Shown piece by piece: positions 22,116 to 33,557 of a stretch of DNA of 64,000 bases; within the stretch, counting starts at the first letter, position 1; each line of letters starts with the position of its first letter. The stretch comes from Sporopachydermia quercuum (Eukaryota). The translations under genes and the position numbers were made by a program. The stretch lies in assembly GCA_001599295.1 (NCBI GenBank), contig BCGN01000001.1, positions 1,178,001 to 1,242,000 on the forward strand. The letters are read 5' to 3'. Under the pieces are notes generated by a model. That model saw nothing but the letters and a program-made list of their open reading frames with translations. It did not search any database and was not told the origin of the DNA.

Positions 22116-24608
22116 TTTGCAAAATCTTTTTGTTTGTTTGTTTCGAATTTATAATATATGCTTTTTGTTTGCCCTAGTATTCAAAGGGTAATATGTGTTG
22201 TTTTATCAAGTGTGCAGCCTTGAGATCAAGTCAAATGTGTGCGCAGGCGAATGTACAACTTAATATTGAGAAGAAATTAAGGAAGAAAGAAAAACAAAGG
22301 AAACATTAACTAGAAAACACTCACTTTCTTACAACAGAATCATTGAGTCAAGTTATTGATTGATATTGATCACTGACTGTCTGTTCATCTGCTAATGTCT
22401 AATAGTATGTATGGTGTTACCAAGATTCCTTTGTGCTTTCTCTATTAGAATTGGTTCATCAACTATCTATGCTGTCTAAATTGTATATGTAATTGACAAA
22501 CTATCCTTCCTCACTCTAACATCTATATATCCTAGTTTTTTGTCTTCAGAGCCAAAGTTATCGATTCTTTTCAATATCTTCAATCTTCTCAACCTCTTTT
22601 ATTACTATGATATCTATTCCTTAACAAGTCATGTTGCTGTTTGCATTGGTTTCGGATTATTATGTGTCGATTCAGTGCTTGTAAACAAACTCATTAAGAT
22701 GAAAATTAAATATTCACATGTAACTGAGCGGTATTGCAATATCCATCTTTTATCTCAAAGTAATAAGGTTAAGGTAAATGAATTTCAGATTTCAGTTTGA
22801 ACTTTTTATAGTAAGGTTTAAACTGTAAGATGAATATCACTTAGTTGGTTGATCTTTGTAGTTGATAGAAAATCCTGTTTGATTGATACAATAAATGCAA
22901 ATCAACTATTAGGCGTTTACTACAAAAATGACCGATTTAATGTGTTCAAAGAAAGTGAAAGCATTGTTACGTTCGGTTATATTCATAAATAAATCAAAAA
23001 CAAAGAACCAAACAGTTTCAATCGTTGCTATGTCGTCAAGCTGTTTCAACAAAACAGCTTTGTTCCCTACAGATTCCATACACGCATCAGTGAAGCGAAA
23101 CCTTAAAAATATCAAAATAGAATTTTGTTCAAGTGCTTTTCACAAGACTCGTTTTTGCTTGATATACGGAAGGAAAGTGGCATCTGGTTTTCAATTGCCA
23201 AAGGAAGATGCAAAGATCGTTAAGGAATCTTTCTCTGAAAGGGTTGTTAGAAGGTGCGGAAAGATAAAAGTAAGAATTCTTCAGTTCAGATTTGGTTCGG
23301 AAGTCAGAAAATTACCTCTCGCAGTAGTCAGATGGTTATCCGATGGTAAATAATGAAGGATATATAGAAGAAATAAGATAATCTGGTACTATTTTCAGCT
23401 TTTCTTTCTAATGAGAAAGGATATCTAAGGAGACAAGTGAGTCAAATGCAAGTTATTTACACTCAATTTCGTTTTGTTGGCATTGTTCTTCATTAGTTAC
23501 TGTTAAATGATTGCTTGTTGATGATGAATACGGAGAAATTGGATTGCTGTGACAATACATCATTAAACCCTTGTAAAATTGTAAGAACAGGTTCAAATTT
23601 ATTCCTCTACATGAAAGTCAAGATGAAATGGAAGGCAATTTGTTCAGAGAGGAGTGGTAGAGTTGAATGAATAATACAATAGAGCATCAGATCGGCAATT
23701 AACAGTCAGCCAACAGTGATTGAAGAAGAGGTAGTGATATAATTGATTTTTTCTGCTGGTTCTCCCTGAAATAAGCGATGTCAAACGTGTTGATATTGAA
23801 TATTGAAGTAGCCTATCATATTGACAAAACTGTTTTCGCTTTCTCAGGCACACTTTCAGTTGTATTTACGCTTATTTCTCATAGGAAAAACTCTTTTTTC
23901 TGATAGTGGTGTTATTGGATTATAATTGTATACCTCACCTCATTCCTTTTCTTTGGAACGTTTTATGAGTTTCCTGGTATTAAACCCAACTAATGAAAGT
24001 TATTAATAAAATCGGAATTAAATAGTTACAAACGAGAAAGCTTTTATTCTATCATCAATCCTGCATGATTATACTATTTAACATATTTTAAATGTATAGA
24101 TCTAGATTGTTGCATTGTTATTACTAGTAAAGGAGCTTTTCATAGTTTCTACTAACGTTGATATCATTTCAGTAAAAAAATGATTATACAATCCAATAAT
24201 AGAATAGGTTCATTAGAAAATGGAGTTCAAAAACTGGCTGGCATTAAGTACAATCTCGTAATAATGATGTATACAGAATAACTTAATCATGAGACATTCC
24301 AAATACATTGGATAGTAGTCTGGAACATTGCTATGACAAGGAATGGGGGGGTAATATATAAATTCCAAACTTGAAATAAGTGGGTCGAGATTTAATTAGC
24401 TATCATGGTTCCAACTCAGNTCACGTTTTGAGTATTAATCCGAGTTTTCCACTATGATGATTAGCGGATGCTAACAAGATAGTATAAACTAGTATAAATA
24501 GAATAAGTGCCGATGTTGTTGCGGGTTTATTAATCCGTGATAACTAGCTATGATATATGTAAACCATCAGAAGCGTACTGAAAAATTCGCAAAGTATTGC
24601 ATGAGACT

Positions 24609-26364
24609 TCATGTTGTGTTAGAAATTATCATGGGTATTGTAATCGTCATGATAATACAAACTCCAACGTAAAAGATATTCAAATGCGACAATTGATCAA
24701 GCGCGTTGTTTTTAATCGAAAAGAAGTTCTTTCCTTTATTTTTGTTTGAATTTTGCTTATGTCTGTTCCTGTCTCGCGTTACTTGATAATTCATCGTTTC
24801 GTCTATTTGTTCAACCATCTTCACTCTTGGTGATTTAAGTTTAGTTTTTCCATCTGCATTAATTATTATATGGTTTGTTGTAAATTTTTCGGGACCTAGA
24901 TTGACATATCTTCCTATCTCTACTTCTACACCAGTATTGATTAGATCATCAGCAATTGATTCAGGAAGTCCCTTTGAAATGTCAAGATTCTCGTACGCAT
25001 CATCGCATGGAACGAACTCTGGCTTCTTTTTTGATGTGATCTTTGAGATGGATGGCTTAGAAGCTTGAGCGTAAATGGTTTTCAGAGTATTGAAGTCAGG
25101 TAGTAGAATTGAATTTCCTTTTTCATCATAATCAACCAATCCATAATTATTTGATTCTTGAGCAAACTCGTAAATAAGCCCTCCACTGAAGACATCAGTC
25201 ATTTCTCTAGAGTAAAGGGCTAAAACTTCTTCAAATAATCTAGGTGTGATTTCGTTGCACCCGTATCTTTTGATAAATCAGTTAATATGGGAACTTGTTT
25301 TCTGAATCAAAAGGATCAAACGTACTCTGATAAAAATACTGGTCGAGAATAATATTCATAATCTTGTACTAGCGTGTCGTATCCACTTGAATGGAAAGTT
25401 TGCGATCCGCACCCTGAAGATGTTAGTCAAACAGAAAATATACAATATTTGATAGCGGCAGCGTAGTAATGACTTCAATCAAATTTAAACAGGGTACTTC
25501 AGACATTGATAGGAATTCACTCCATAAAAGTCCACAGCTTCGGATTCTTCTCCACATTCAAGATATTTGGATAATGAAATACGATATTGTAAATCATCTG
25601 CTGCAGAATAGCCCACAGGTATACTTCTAGGTAAGTTGAAATTGATATAAGCTTTGATATCCCTTATCACACCTTTCATAAAAGTAGAACAAACCTATGT
25701 AAAAAGGGAACATTAGTGTGATGAACATAGTCAAACAAGCTNAATTTGGTATCAGTACTTGTGCAGATCTTCGATCATTAATAACTTCATTTCCAGCGAA
25801 ATAGGCTAAAGTATTGTTGTAATAACCAAACTGTTCGACCACTTGGAAAACATGTTTCATGTAATCGACGTTATATGAGTGCCAGGGGTCATATCTATTC
25901 AAACTTTCGTTGGGACCTGGTGAGTTGANATCAAGAACCAAATATATACCTGCGCTTGCTAAGAGTGTCATACATTGATCGTGATTCAAATTAGGATTTA
26001 CCGAGTAAACACGAATCGTATTGATACCAAGCTCTTGGAACAAGAAAATATCTCGTGCACAATCTTCAATATTTGAGAGAGGGTCCCATGACTCTGATAC
26101 ACCTGATGATCCTCCTGGTTGATAGTCAACTCCACGAATAAAGAACTTTCTAGTTAGTAAATCAGAATCTATCTTGCCCTCGTTTCGCGATCTGATACAG
26201 CATTTTGCTTCTAATTGCTGCTCCTATTAGGTATGTCATACAGGTTCATTAGTAACCACATCAACAAAATATCTACCTCTAATTTCTATTGAATGAATGC
26301 AATATACTGGTAAAACCCAACTGGCCAAAACTACAATGCATTGCAGAAGTAGTTTAGCGCTCAT
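24609..26364 (-). CDS. GAS4: GH72 1,3-beta-glucanosyltransferase Gas4-type (no Cys-box), 5 exons: 26364-26242, 26145-25759, 25694-25505, 25413-25326, 25266-24609; 481 aa
   Basis: Splicing joins signal peptide, [49 protein letters not shown] and hydrophobic C-terminus; closely resembles S. cerevisiae Gas4 as I recall it. Confidence 0.88.
25267..25325 (-). other. GAS4 intron 4, 59 nt, donor GTACGT, branch TATTAAC, acceptor AAG
   Basis: TCA GA|GTACGT...AAAG|A TAC GGG TGC rebuilds catalytic SEYGC. Confidence 0.85.
25414..25504 (-). other. GAS4 intron 3, 91 nt, donor GTCTGA
   Basis: CAA T|GTCTGAAGTACCCT...GACTAACATCTTCAG|GG TGC rebuilds the conserved YQWCG. Confidence 0.85.
25695..25758 (-). other. 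GAS4 intron 2, 64 nt, donor GTACTG, branch CACTAAT
   Basis: CAA|GTACTGATACC...CACTAAT...CATAG|GTT; restores frame between ORF-track fragments. Confidence 0.8.
26146..26241 (-). other. GAS4 intron 1, 96 nt, donor GTATGA, acceptor AAG
   Basis: CCT|GTATGACATACC...TACTAACTAGAAAG|TTC; only this junction gives [11 protein letters not shown]. Confidence 0.85.
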
Positions 26365-26610
26365 TGTGTTCAAATCAAATCAATCCCACTCAACTATTAT
26401 AACTAAATCCAAGCAATTATCTGAACCACTACTGATAGTCAACATTCCTTTGATACGATAAGATAATAGTCTTCTTTCTGATCGCAATACAACTACATCT
26501 ATCCCATATCGTAACTCGTGCCGTATAATAGCGAAATAATAACTGGTGAATTATGAATCAAAACAATACATTATCCATTCCTTCCTTCATGATAGGATGG
26601 ACCCCCACAG

Positions 26611-26619
26611 TTTGTGTCA
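26611..26619 (-). promoter_or_regulatory. Middle sporulation element (MSE)-like site TGACACAAA upstream of GAS4
   Basis: Matches gNCRCAAA core, about 250 bp upstream of GAS4 ATG; single short motif. Confidence 0.4.
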
Positions 26620-26966
26620 ATATTTTTCTATTGAACTTAAAGTTTTGTTTCTGTCATAAGGAACACAATTGAGTAATTTTTGATTAAGTTATTCTTTTGA
26701 AATTGTGGTCAACCGCTATAAACTTTAATGCCTCCCCAAATCAATGTGCCTAAAATGCAAATATTAGTAATGGAAATTGTGTGGGGGTCGAGAATAAGTA
26801 AAAACTCGAAACTACATAAAAAACAAAAATTGTCTTCCAGTGTTGTATCCTGCATTATATTAAGCTCATGTATCAAGGCGATGGGATATTCAAGTAGCAT
26901 TATTTGGTTTGTTGAAAAGAAGCAGAATTTTTAAAGAGAAGAAAAGTGTTTCGAGAATTTTACAAA

Positions 26967-27734
26967 ATGGCATCTCAATTGTTTTCGCTAGAAGGAAAGG
27001 TAGCACTCATAACTGGTGCTACTAGAGGCATTGGTGCTTCTATGGCAATTGCATTGGCAGAAGCTGGAGCATCTATTATTCTTGTTCAGAGAAGTGATAT
27101 TTCTACTACGAAAGCTGGTATTGACAAAACAGGACAAACTGTTAAGATATTGAAAGCTGAACTAGATAATAGAGATGAAGTGAAACAGGTCGTGCCAAAA
27201 GCTGTTGAACTATCACCAACTGGACAGATTGATATTTTAGTTAACTGTGCTGGAATTCAAAGAAGGCATCCTTGCCATGACTTTCCATTAGAAGAATGGG
27301 ATGAAGTCCTTCAAGTCAATTTGACCACACCATTTGTTTTGGCTCGTGACATGGCAGCACATATGATTTCCAAAGGCATTAAAGGAAAGATCATTAACAT
27401 TGCTTCCTTATTAACATTCCAAGGTGGTCTTACTGTTCCTGCTTATGCTGCCTCTAAGGGTGGTATTGGACAATTAACCAAAGCTTTGTCAAATGAGCTT
27501 TCGTCTAAGGGTATCAATGTTAATGCAATAGCTCCTGGTTACATTGACACAGATATGAACACTGCTTTGATTAATGATCCGGTTAGAAGTGAACAAATTA
27601 GTGTTAGAATTCCTGCTGGAAGATGGGGACGTCCTGAAGATTTCAAAGGCCCTGTGGTTTTCCTTGCCAGTCCTGCAAGTGATTATGTCTGTGGTGAAAT
27701 CCTCTTGGTTGATGGGGGATGGATGGGACGTTAA
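26967..27734 (+). CDS. kduD: KduD-like short-chain dehydrogenase (2-dehydro-3-deoxy-D-gluconate 5-dehydrogenase family), 255 aa from ATG 26967
   Basis: TGATRGIG Rossmann motif, NCAGIQRR, KIINIASLLTFQGG, YAASKGG, RIPAGRWG, VDGGWMGR. Confidence 0.8.
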   Translation: MASQLFSLEGKVALITGATRGIGASMAIALAEAGASIILVQRSDISTTKAGIDKTGQTVKILKAELDNRDEVKQVVPKAVELSPTGQIDILVNCAGIQRRHPCHDFPLEEWDEVLQVNLTTPFVLARDMAAHMISKGIKGKIINIASLLTFQGGLTVPAYAASKGGIGQLTKALSNELSSKGINVNAIAPGYIDTDMNTALINDPVRSEQISVRIPAGRWGRPEDFKGPVVFLASPASDYVCGEILLVDGGWMGR

Positions 27735-28653
27735 AAAGTTTGTTACTCACATAAGATAGACGTATCTTTTCATCTATTTTAGTCACGTCTATATTCCATG
27801 CCATATGAGTTCATACTTTCAAACAATCATGTATTATGTNTTTCAACAAAACGTTTCTTTTGAGCTTTTGTATGTTTGGAAGCTATAGATATATATTTGC
27901 GTCAGTGACCTCCCTACATTGATCTCATGCTAGAATTCAATAAACCTGACTATTTGTTGAATTCTAAAAGAGAAGATAAAAACCTTCTCTTTGTCTGCAG
28001 CTGGCTTTTATATACCTCCCAGAATTTATTTTGTCATTCCCATCACATTTTTTTCTCGCTTTTACGTAACCTACAAGTGTCGATAACGTACTTTTATTTT
28101 GTACTCCCAGTCCATATATATCATGTATCAGAATGAAATGATTATTGCCATGAATACTTTTTTGTTTCCTTTTCTCCATATGCTGATAGTTGATAGTTAG
28201 CCGTTAATTTCGGTGAAGTAGAAACAAGCTTTGAATAGAATTTCATAATCATATGCAGGGAAAATCTGTTCTGAATCACGTGATCCAACACTGAATCTCT
28301 TGTTTACTAAACTTAGCATTACATCTCTTATTGTTCACCTGCTATAATGTCTATCTATATAGCATGCGATAAAGAAAGAAACAAAAATATTAAAAAAAAA
28401 TACATTACCTGTTAAGAAGAACACATTCACAATCTACTAGGAACACTTCTGCCTATTAGTTATTCATGTTTTTCATCGAGTGTACTAGCTAGGTCAGAGA
28501 ATCAATTGTTCCTTGTCAGTTTTCCTTCGGTGGCTCACTCAACCTGAGCAGATAGAAAGACAACGGACACGCTCCAGTAAGTAAAGGGAAAAGAAAAGAA
28601 ACTGAATATAAAAGCGTCAAAAACAACCGGCTGAAATACTCTCATAATAAAAG

Positions 28654-30047
28654 ATGGACGAGTCAGATGATGGCGATTATATTGAAAATATAAGTTCTGA
28701 AGGGGAAGGAAACTATGGTATTTCCAAAAGAACCAGAACCAAAACAGATTCTGCTAGTGGGGTGTCAAAAAATTCTGCAGGAAATTACTCATGGGAAGAT
28801 GAATATCAACGAAGTTGGGATATTGTACAGGAAGACGAAGGAGGCACACTGGCAGGAGCTGTTGCAGGATTAGTAGAAGCAAGAAAACGACGCTTACTAA
28901 GAGACGACTCTTCTTTACAAAGAGGAATTATTCGAACAGTGGTTTTAGTTATTGATATGAGTTCCGCAATGAAGGACAAAGATTTACGACCCAACCGATT
29001 TGCTTTGACCATCAATTATGCTATAGAGTTTGTCAATGACTTTTTCGATCAAAATCCTATTTCACAGTTAGGAATACTAGTTATGAAAAATGGAATAGCA
29101 ATAATGATATCAGATGTTGGAAGTAACCCTCATGAGCACGTTGAGCATTTAAGAGATCTTCGATCACAGGATCCTACTGGTGAACCATCATTACAAAATG
29201 CATTGGAAATGGCAAGAGGCTTACTCCTGCATGTTGCTTCACATTGTACGAAAGAGATAATTATGGTATTTGGAGCTTTGCTATCAACAGACCCAGGCGA
29301 TATTAATAAAACTATTCGATGTCTTGTGAGGGAAAAAATAAGAGTGAAAATCATTGGACTAGCAGCACAGGTTGCCATTTGTTCCGAAATAACGAAAAGA
29401 ACCAATTATGGTGATAATAAGAACACCTACGGTGTGATTCTCAATGAATCACATTTTAAAGAATTACTAATGAACCAGGTGACACCCCCTGCCTTATCAA
29501 CAACATCTTCTTTAGCTCAAGAAGGCTATGCATTAGTTAAAATGGGATTTCCTATAAGAGTGTCTGAAGTTTCTCCTTCTTTTTGCTTCTGTCATTCAAA
29601 ACTACGATATGGTGGATTTAGATGCCCTCAATGTAGAGCGAAGATATGTGCTCTACCAACAGCTTGTCCCTGTTGTGGCATAATGTTAATTCTGTCCACT
29701 CATTTGGCTAGATCTCTCCATCATCTACTACCTTTGAAATCATTCAAAGAAGTTCCTCGTAGCGAGTAAGTTTCCGTTTGATGTTAAAGGGAGAAGATAA
29801 AGAATAATAATTATTTGTATTGTTTTGGTATTTAATTACTAACATGATTCTCAATAGAACATACAAATCGACATATTGCTATGGATGTCAAATAAAATTC
29901 CCTACCGAATCCCAAATAAGCTCACGATATGAATGTGAACGCTGTGGACAGCATTTTTGCATAGATTGTGATGTGTTCTGTCATGAAAGTTTACATAATT
30001 GTCCAGGTTGTGAGTCAGGTCTACGGAAGAGCAGACCATTATCCTAA
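28654..30047 (+). CDS. SSL1: TFIIH subunit Ssl1/p44; exons 28654-29765 and 29858-30047; 433 aa
   Basis: vWA domain (FFDQNPISQLG, GEPSLQNALEMA), zinc finger, C-terminal C4C4 RING (CERCGQHFCIDCDVFCHESLHNCPGC). Confidence 0.95.
29766..29857 (+). other. Spliceosomal intron (SSL1), 92 nt
   Basis: GTAAGT, TACTAAC 29837-29843, TAG; phase 2 joins to RING exon. Confidence 0.92.
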
Positions 30048-30405
30048 TGTTGTAAGTAATATCAATTGCATCAACAATTATTGTAATATAAAAGAATATA
30101 TAAAGGGGATATCTAGAAGAAGAAAGATTTACCGATTTCTTTCTGGAAGACACATTTAGAACAACATTCAACATACTGTGGGCAACAGATAATCAGGGAC
30201 ATCTACCATGAAACATGTAAGCATGAATATCTATTATTATTATTATTAATAGAGAAATAAAACATCTGAGAACTAAAAATATTTGTCATTATTCCAATAC
30301 AACCAATTGAAATCCCTATTATTAAGATATTCTTAATACCAACAAACCACCATGATAACCAAAAAAGACCCCAATTAACCCGAACCAATTTATATAATCA
30401 TTCAT

Positions 30406-32199
30406 CTAATTCCAGCCAGATAAAGAGTTATCTTCATTTTTCTTCTTTGGAGTTTTGAACAATAACCTACCAGGCGTATTACCTAACCTAGAAGCGCCAG
30501 AAGTTGCTTTAGGACTGGGAGTAAATATATTCACATAGTCATTCATATTGAAGCCAGATGAAGGCGTACTTGGGAATACCGGTAGATTAATAGGTAACGG
30601 TGTTGAGTTTCTAGGTTTCAAGAACTCATGTTCAGAATCCCAACCGGGGATCTGTTTCCCTCTAGGTGTACCATGTAAAGCAGTAGCAGGTGAAGGGGAA
30701 GTAGCTAGAAACATTAAAAGATCAGCTCCAGTTTCGTCCTCAGCTTTCCTTGGAGTTCTAATTTCAGCTATGTTTGTATATTTTTGAGGTGGAGTATTTG
30801 GAGGGTTAAGATTCTCTTGTTCAGATTGATTGCTTTGCTCGGTTTTGGTAGGTTGCACCCTGGATGGTTTCGTTGGTGTTGGGAAGTTGAACATGGCAGC
30901 ATTCAGGGCAGCCTGAGCAGCAGACTTTTGAGATTTAGCTGATGCAGTGATAGATAAGGAAGAAGAGCTCTTTCTATGTCCTTTTGGTCTTCCACGTTTA
31001 CTCTTAGCACTGTTGGATGGTGTGATGTCATTCGAAGAATCTCCTTCTAGAACACTAGTAATAGAGAGGTTAGAAGTAGAGCTTGGAAGGTTTATTTGAC
31101 GTACTGAGCCAATAGGTCTTGAATTAGAATGAGATCTTTGATGTGACATGGGAGGTCCTTGACGAACAATCGTATCAGGAGAGGATTGAAGGGAAGAGAT
31201 AGAGGAGTTGTTTCTATACATTCTGAAGTCATGAATTGAAGAAGAAGAGCTCTTGTAATAAGGGTTTGATACTGACGCTGCATTTTGAACCATTGACTTG
31301 GAATAAACAACATTATCCATTGAAGGTTGCCTTCTATGGCCTTGAGCATGTGCGATANCCGGTTGAGGTTGTTTACTAATTGACATTGTACGAGCTCTCT
31401 TGCGAACAGGGGGCCCAAATGTTAAACCTGGTCTTAAAGCATCAGCACCATTATTAACAGCAGCAGCAGCAGCAGCTACTGCATTAGACCCACTAGGAGC
31501 ACTGCTATTAATAGTATTCATGAATCCATTAGGTGTTGATGCCAGACTTTTCAGAACAGAATTACTTCCCAGAGACTGCCTTCTGACATTGGAATTCGGT
31601 GTTGTAACAGTTGAAGACACTGGGGTTAAATTCATGGAGGAGTTAGTACTGTACGTGGCAGAGATGGAACTAGAAGTTCTTCTGTGAGTATTAGGACCTT
31701 GAATTGAGATAGAAATAGATTGCTCAGGAGAAGACTTAACCATGGATCGTTGACTCATAGGAGAAGACTCCTCATCATTTTCTTTGTCAATGTTAGTATT
31801 TGAGTCTGAAGAAGCTATTCTGGGTTCTAGATTATCAAGAGCGACCTTCTCCCAGCCATGCTTAGTTTTGAACGATGCTAATGCTAATCTGTTCTTTAAT
31901 TGATGAGTTATTCTTGCAATCTCTGCTCTCTTGAGAACTTTTTCAATGGCCTCTGCTTCTGTTACTTGAGTAGCAACATTTGGTGCATATGAATCTTGAT
32001 TCATCTCTGATGCTTGTGATTGATGTTGAAAAGCTGCAGTAGAAGATGGATGCTGAGATNGATGATAAAACCCAGGCTCTGTTTGAATTCTATGTTGGAA
32101 CTGCATATGAGTAGGAGTCATTGATGAATAATCAGAATTTATAGCAAGGATGGGAGAACCTGTTGCACCNAGATCGTTATTATTATTCATATAGGACAT
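30406..32199 (-). CDS. Whi5/Nrm1/Stb1-like G1/S transcription regulator, 597 aa
   Basis: GTB-like motif LKNRLALASFKTKHGWEKVALDNLE; Stb1-like GADLLMFLATSPSP; many S/T-P sites (TPRK, TPKK). Confidence 0.7.
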   Translation of the reverse strand: MSYMNNNNDXGATGSPILAINSDYSSMTPTHMQFQHRIQTEPGFYHXSQHPSSTAAFQHQSQASEMNQDSYAPNVATQVTEAEAIEKVLKRAEIARITHQLKNRLALASFKTKHGWEKVALDNLEPRIASSDSNTNIDKENDEESSPMSQRSMVKSSPEQSISISIQGPNTHRRTSSSISATYSTNSSMNLTPVSSTVTTPNSNVRRQSLGSNSVLKSLASTPNGFMNTINSSAPSGSNAVAAAAAAVNNGADALRPGLTFGPPVRKRARTMSISKQPQPXIAHAQGHRRQPSMDNVVYSKSMVQNAASVSNPYYKSSSSSIHDFRMYRNNSSISSLQSSPDTIVRQGPPMSHQRSHSNSRPIGSVRQINLPSSTSNLSITSVLEGDSSNDITPSNSAKSKRGRPKGHRKSSSSLSITASAKSQKSAAQAALNAAMFNFPTPTKPSRVQPTKTEQSNQSEQENLNPPNTPPQKYTNIAEIRTPRKAEDETGADLLMFLATSPSPATALHGTPRGKQIPGWDSEHEFLKPRNSTPLPINLPVFPSTPSSGFNMNDYVNIFTPSPKATSGASRLGNTPGRLLFKTPKKKNEDNSLSGWN

Positions 32200-33557
32200 C
32201 CTTAGAGCCTTTCACTTGGATGGTTCCAGATAATTTTCCTTATTCTGATACCAACAAACAAATAGCAAAAGGTTTGTAGGTTTCTCCAGTTGAACGGTCG
32301 ATATAAATTATGGTCCGCCTGAACCAGAGTAAGATACTTGATTGAATTGTAGATTCAATTTTCTTGATGGACAGGAACCAGATGCGATGATCAATACTNA
32401 GTCAATCAGGATATTTTCAATTTAAAGCCAAAAGTGTTATCTTTTGTTCGTTCACTCTTTGTTCATACGAGAGAAGAGATAGCAAAACAGCTAGGTAGTC
32501 GGGGAGTAGGATTGACTAATCTTCTAGTTTGGTAGAGAACCAGTAAAGGAAATATCTCATTAATGATCAAGAACGGTAGTTTTCGATCTGTTCATCGGAA
32601 TTCTGAGAGTGAACTAGACACGAAAGAAGAAGAAAGTCTCTGCTGAAAGAAAGGAAAAGGAACAGGAAAGCTCGTTTGGTGATTACTACAGTGTTTTTAC
32701 CTCATAGGATCCTTCTGGTAGAAAATTAGTTGACAAGATATAAAGACCCCGTCGCGGCCTAATGTAATATTGCCTATTCAAGTAAAGTGGACGCGTTCTT
32801 CGTGTCAGGGTTTCATATAGAAATTCCTATCTAGGAAGGTGAACGAGACACGTCGCGGAACACGAACGCAAAGCTTTTGTTTCTCAAGTAAAGTGGTATT
32901 AAAGGTAAAATGAGACTGAGGTACGGGTGTTATAGAATGCAGTGAAAAGGAGCAATTGTGTAATAAGTAAAGTAGTTCATAAGTAATTGTCAGTAGAGAG
33001 GGTAAGAGAGAAAAGATCATGTCAATATATTATAAGATTTGGTAATAGATAGGTGGTTATCCTTTTAATTTCCATGTGTTTTCAGATTAATACAGTTCTC
33101 AATCACGAACCTCTAGAATCTGATAAGGCTTACGGTATGTACACCTAATGCAGAATGTATGCAGGAGTATGCATTGTAGAATGAAGTTAGTGGATATTTA
33201 GCATCACATCTCCTTACAACAACTGCTGATTGGACTGAGATGTAAGGTCAAATGATATGACGCAAGCCGATAGCTTGTTATAATGGACAGAGAATAATGA
33301 TAGGAAGGTAATTGCAACAGGATTGACAAGGTAACAAACACTATCACAAACCATCGTAAGGCAAATACGCTTAAATTAATAGATAGGAACTCGTAACAGG
33401 TCGTTCAATAAGTATATACATTTCAGGAGATTTCCAGAATAGAATGTAAAAGGGATCTAACTAGAAAACGAAGTTATGATTAGTTATATAATATAAAGAA
33501 AATGATACACAACACAATGACAGATAAATGAATAAAGGCCATTTAACCTCCACTGTT

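Noticed and set aside
22928..23353. 141-aa ORF and other short or antisense ORF-track entries
   Set aside because: No recognisable motifs; most are shadows of real genes or low-complexity intergenic DNA
24454..24581. Possible box C/D snoRNA (ATGATGA...CTGA)
   Set aside because: No convincing terminal stem or rRNA guide that I could identify; motifs are common in AT-rich DNA
25267..26241. GAS4 as pseudogene or as U12-type intron gene
   Set aside because: Four GT-AG introns give an intact 481-aa frame; no RTATCCTT donor or TCCTTAAC branch; branch sites are U2-like
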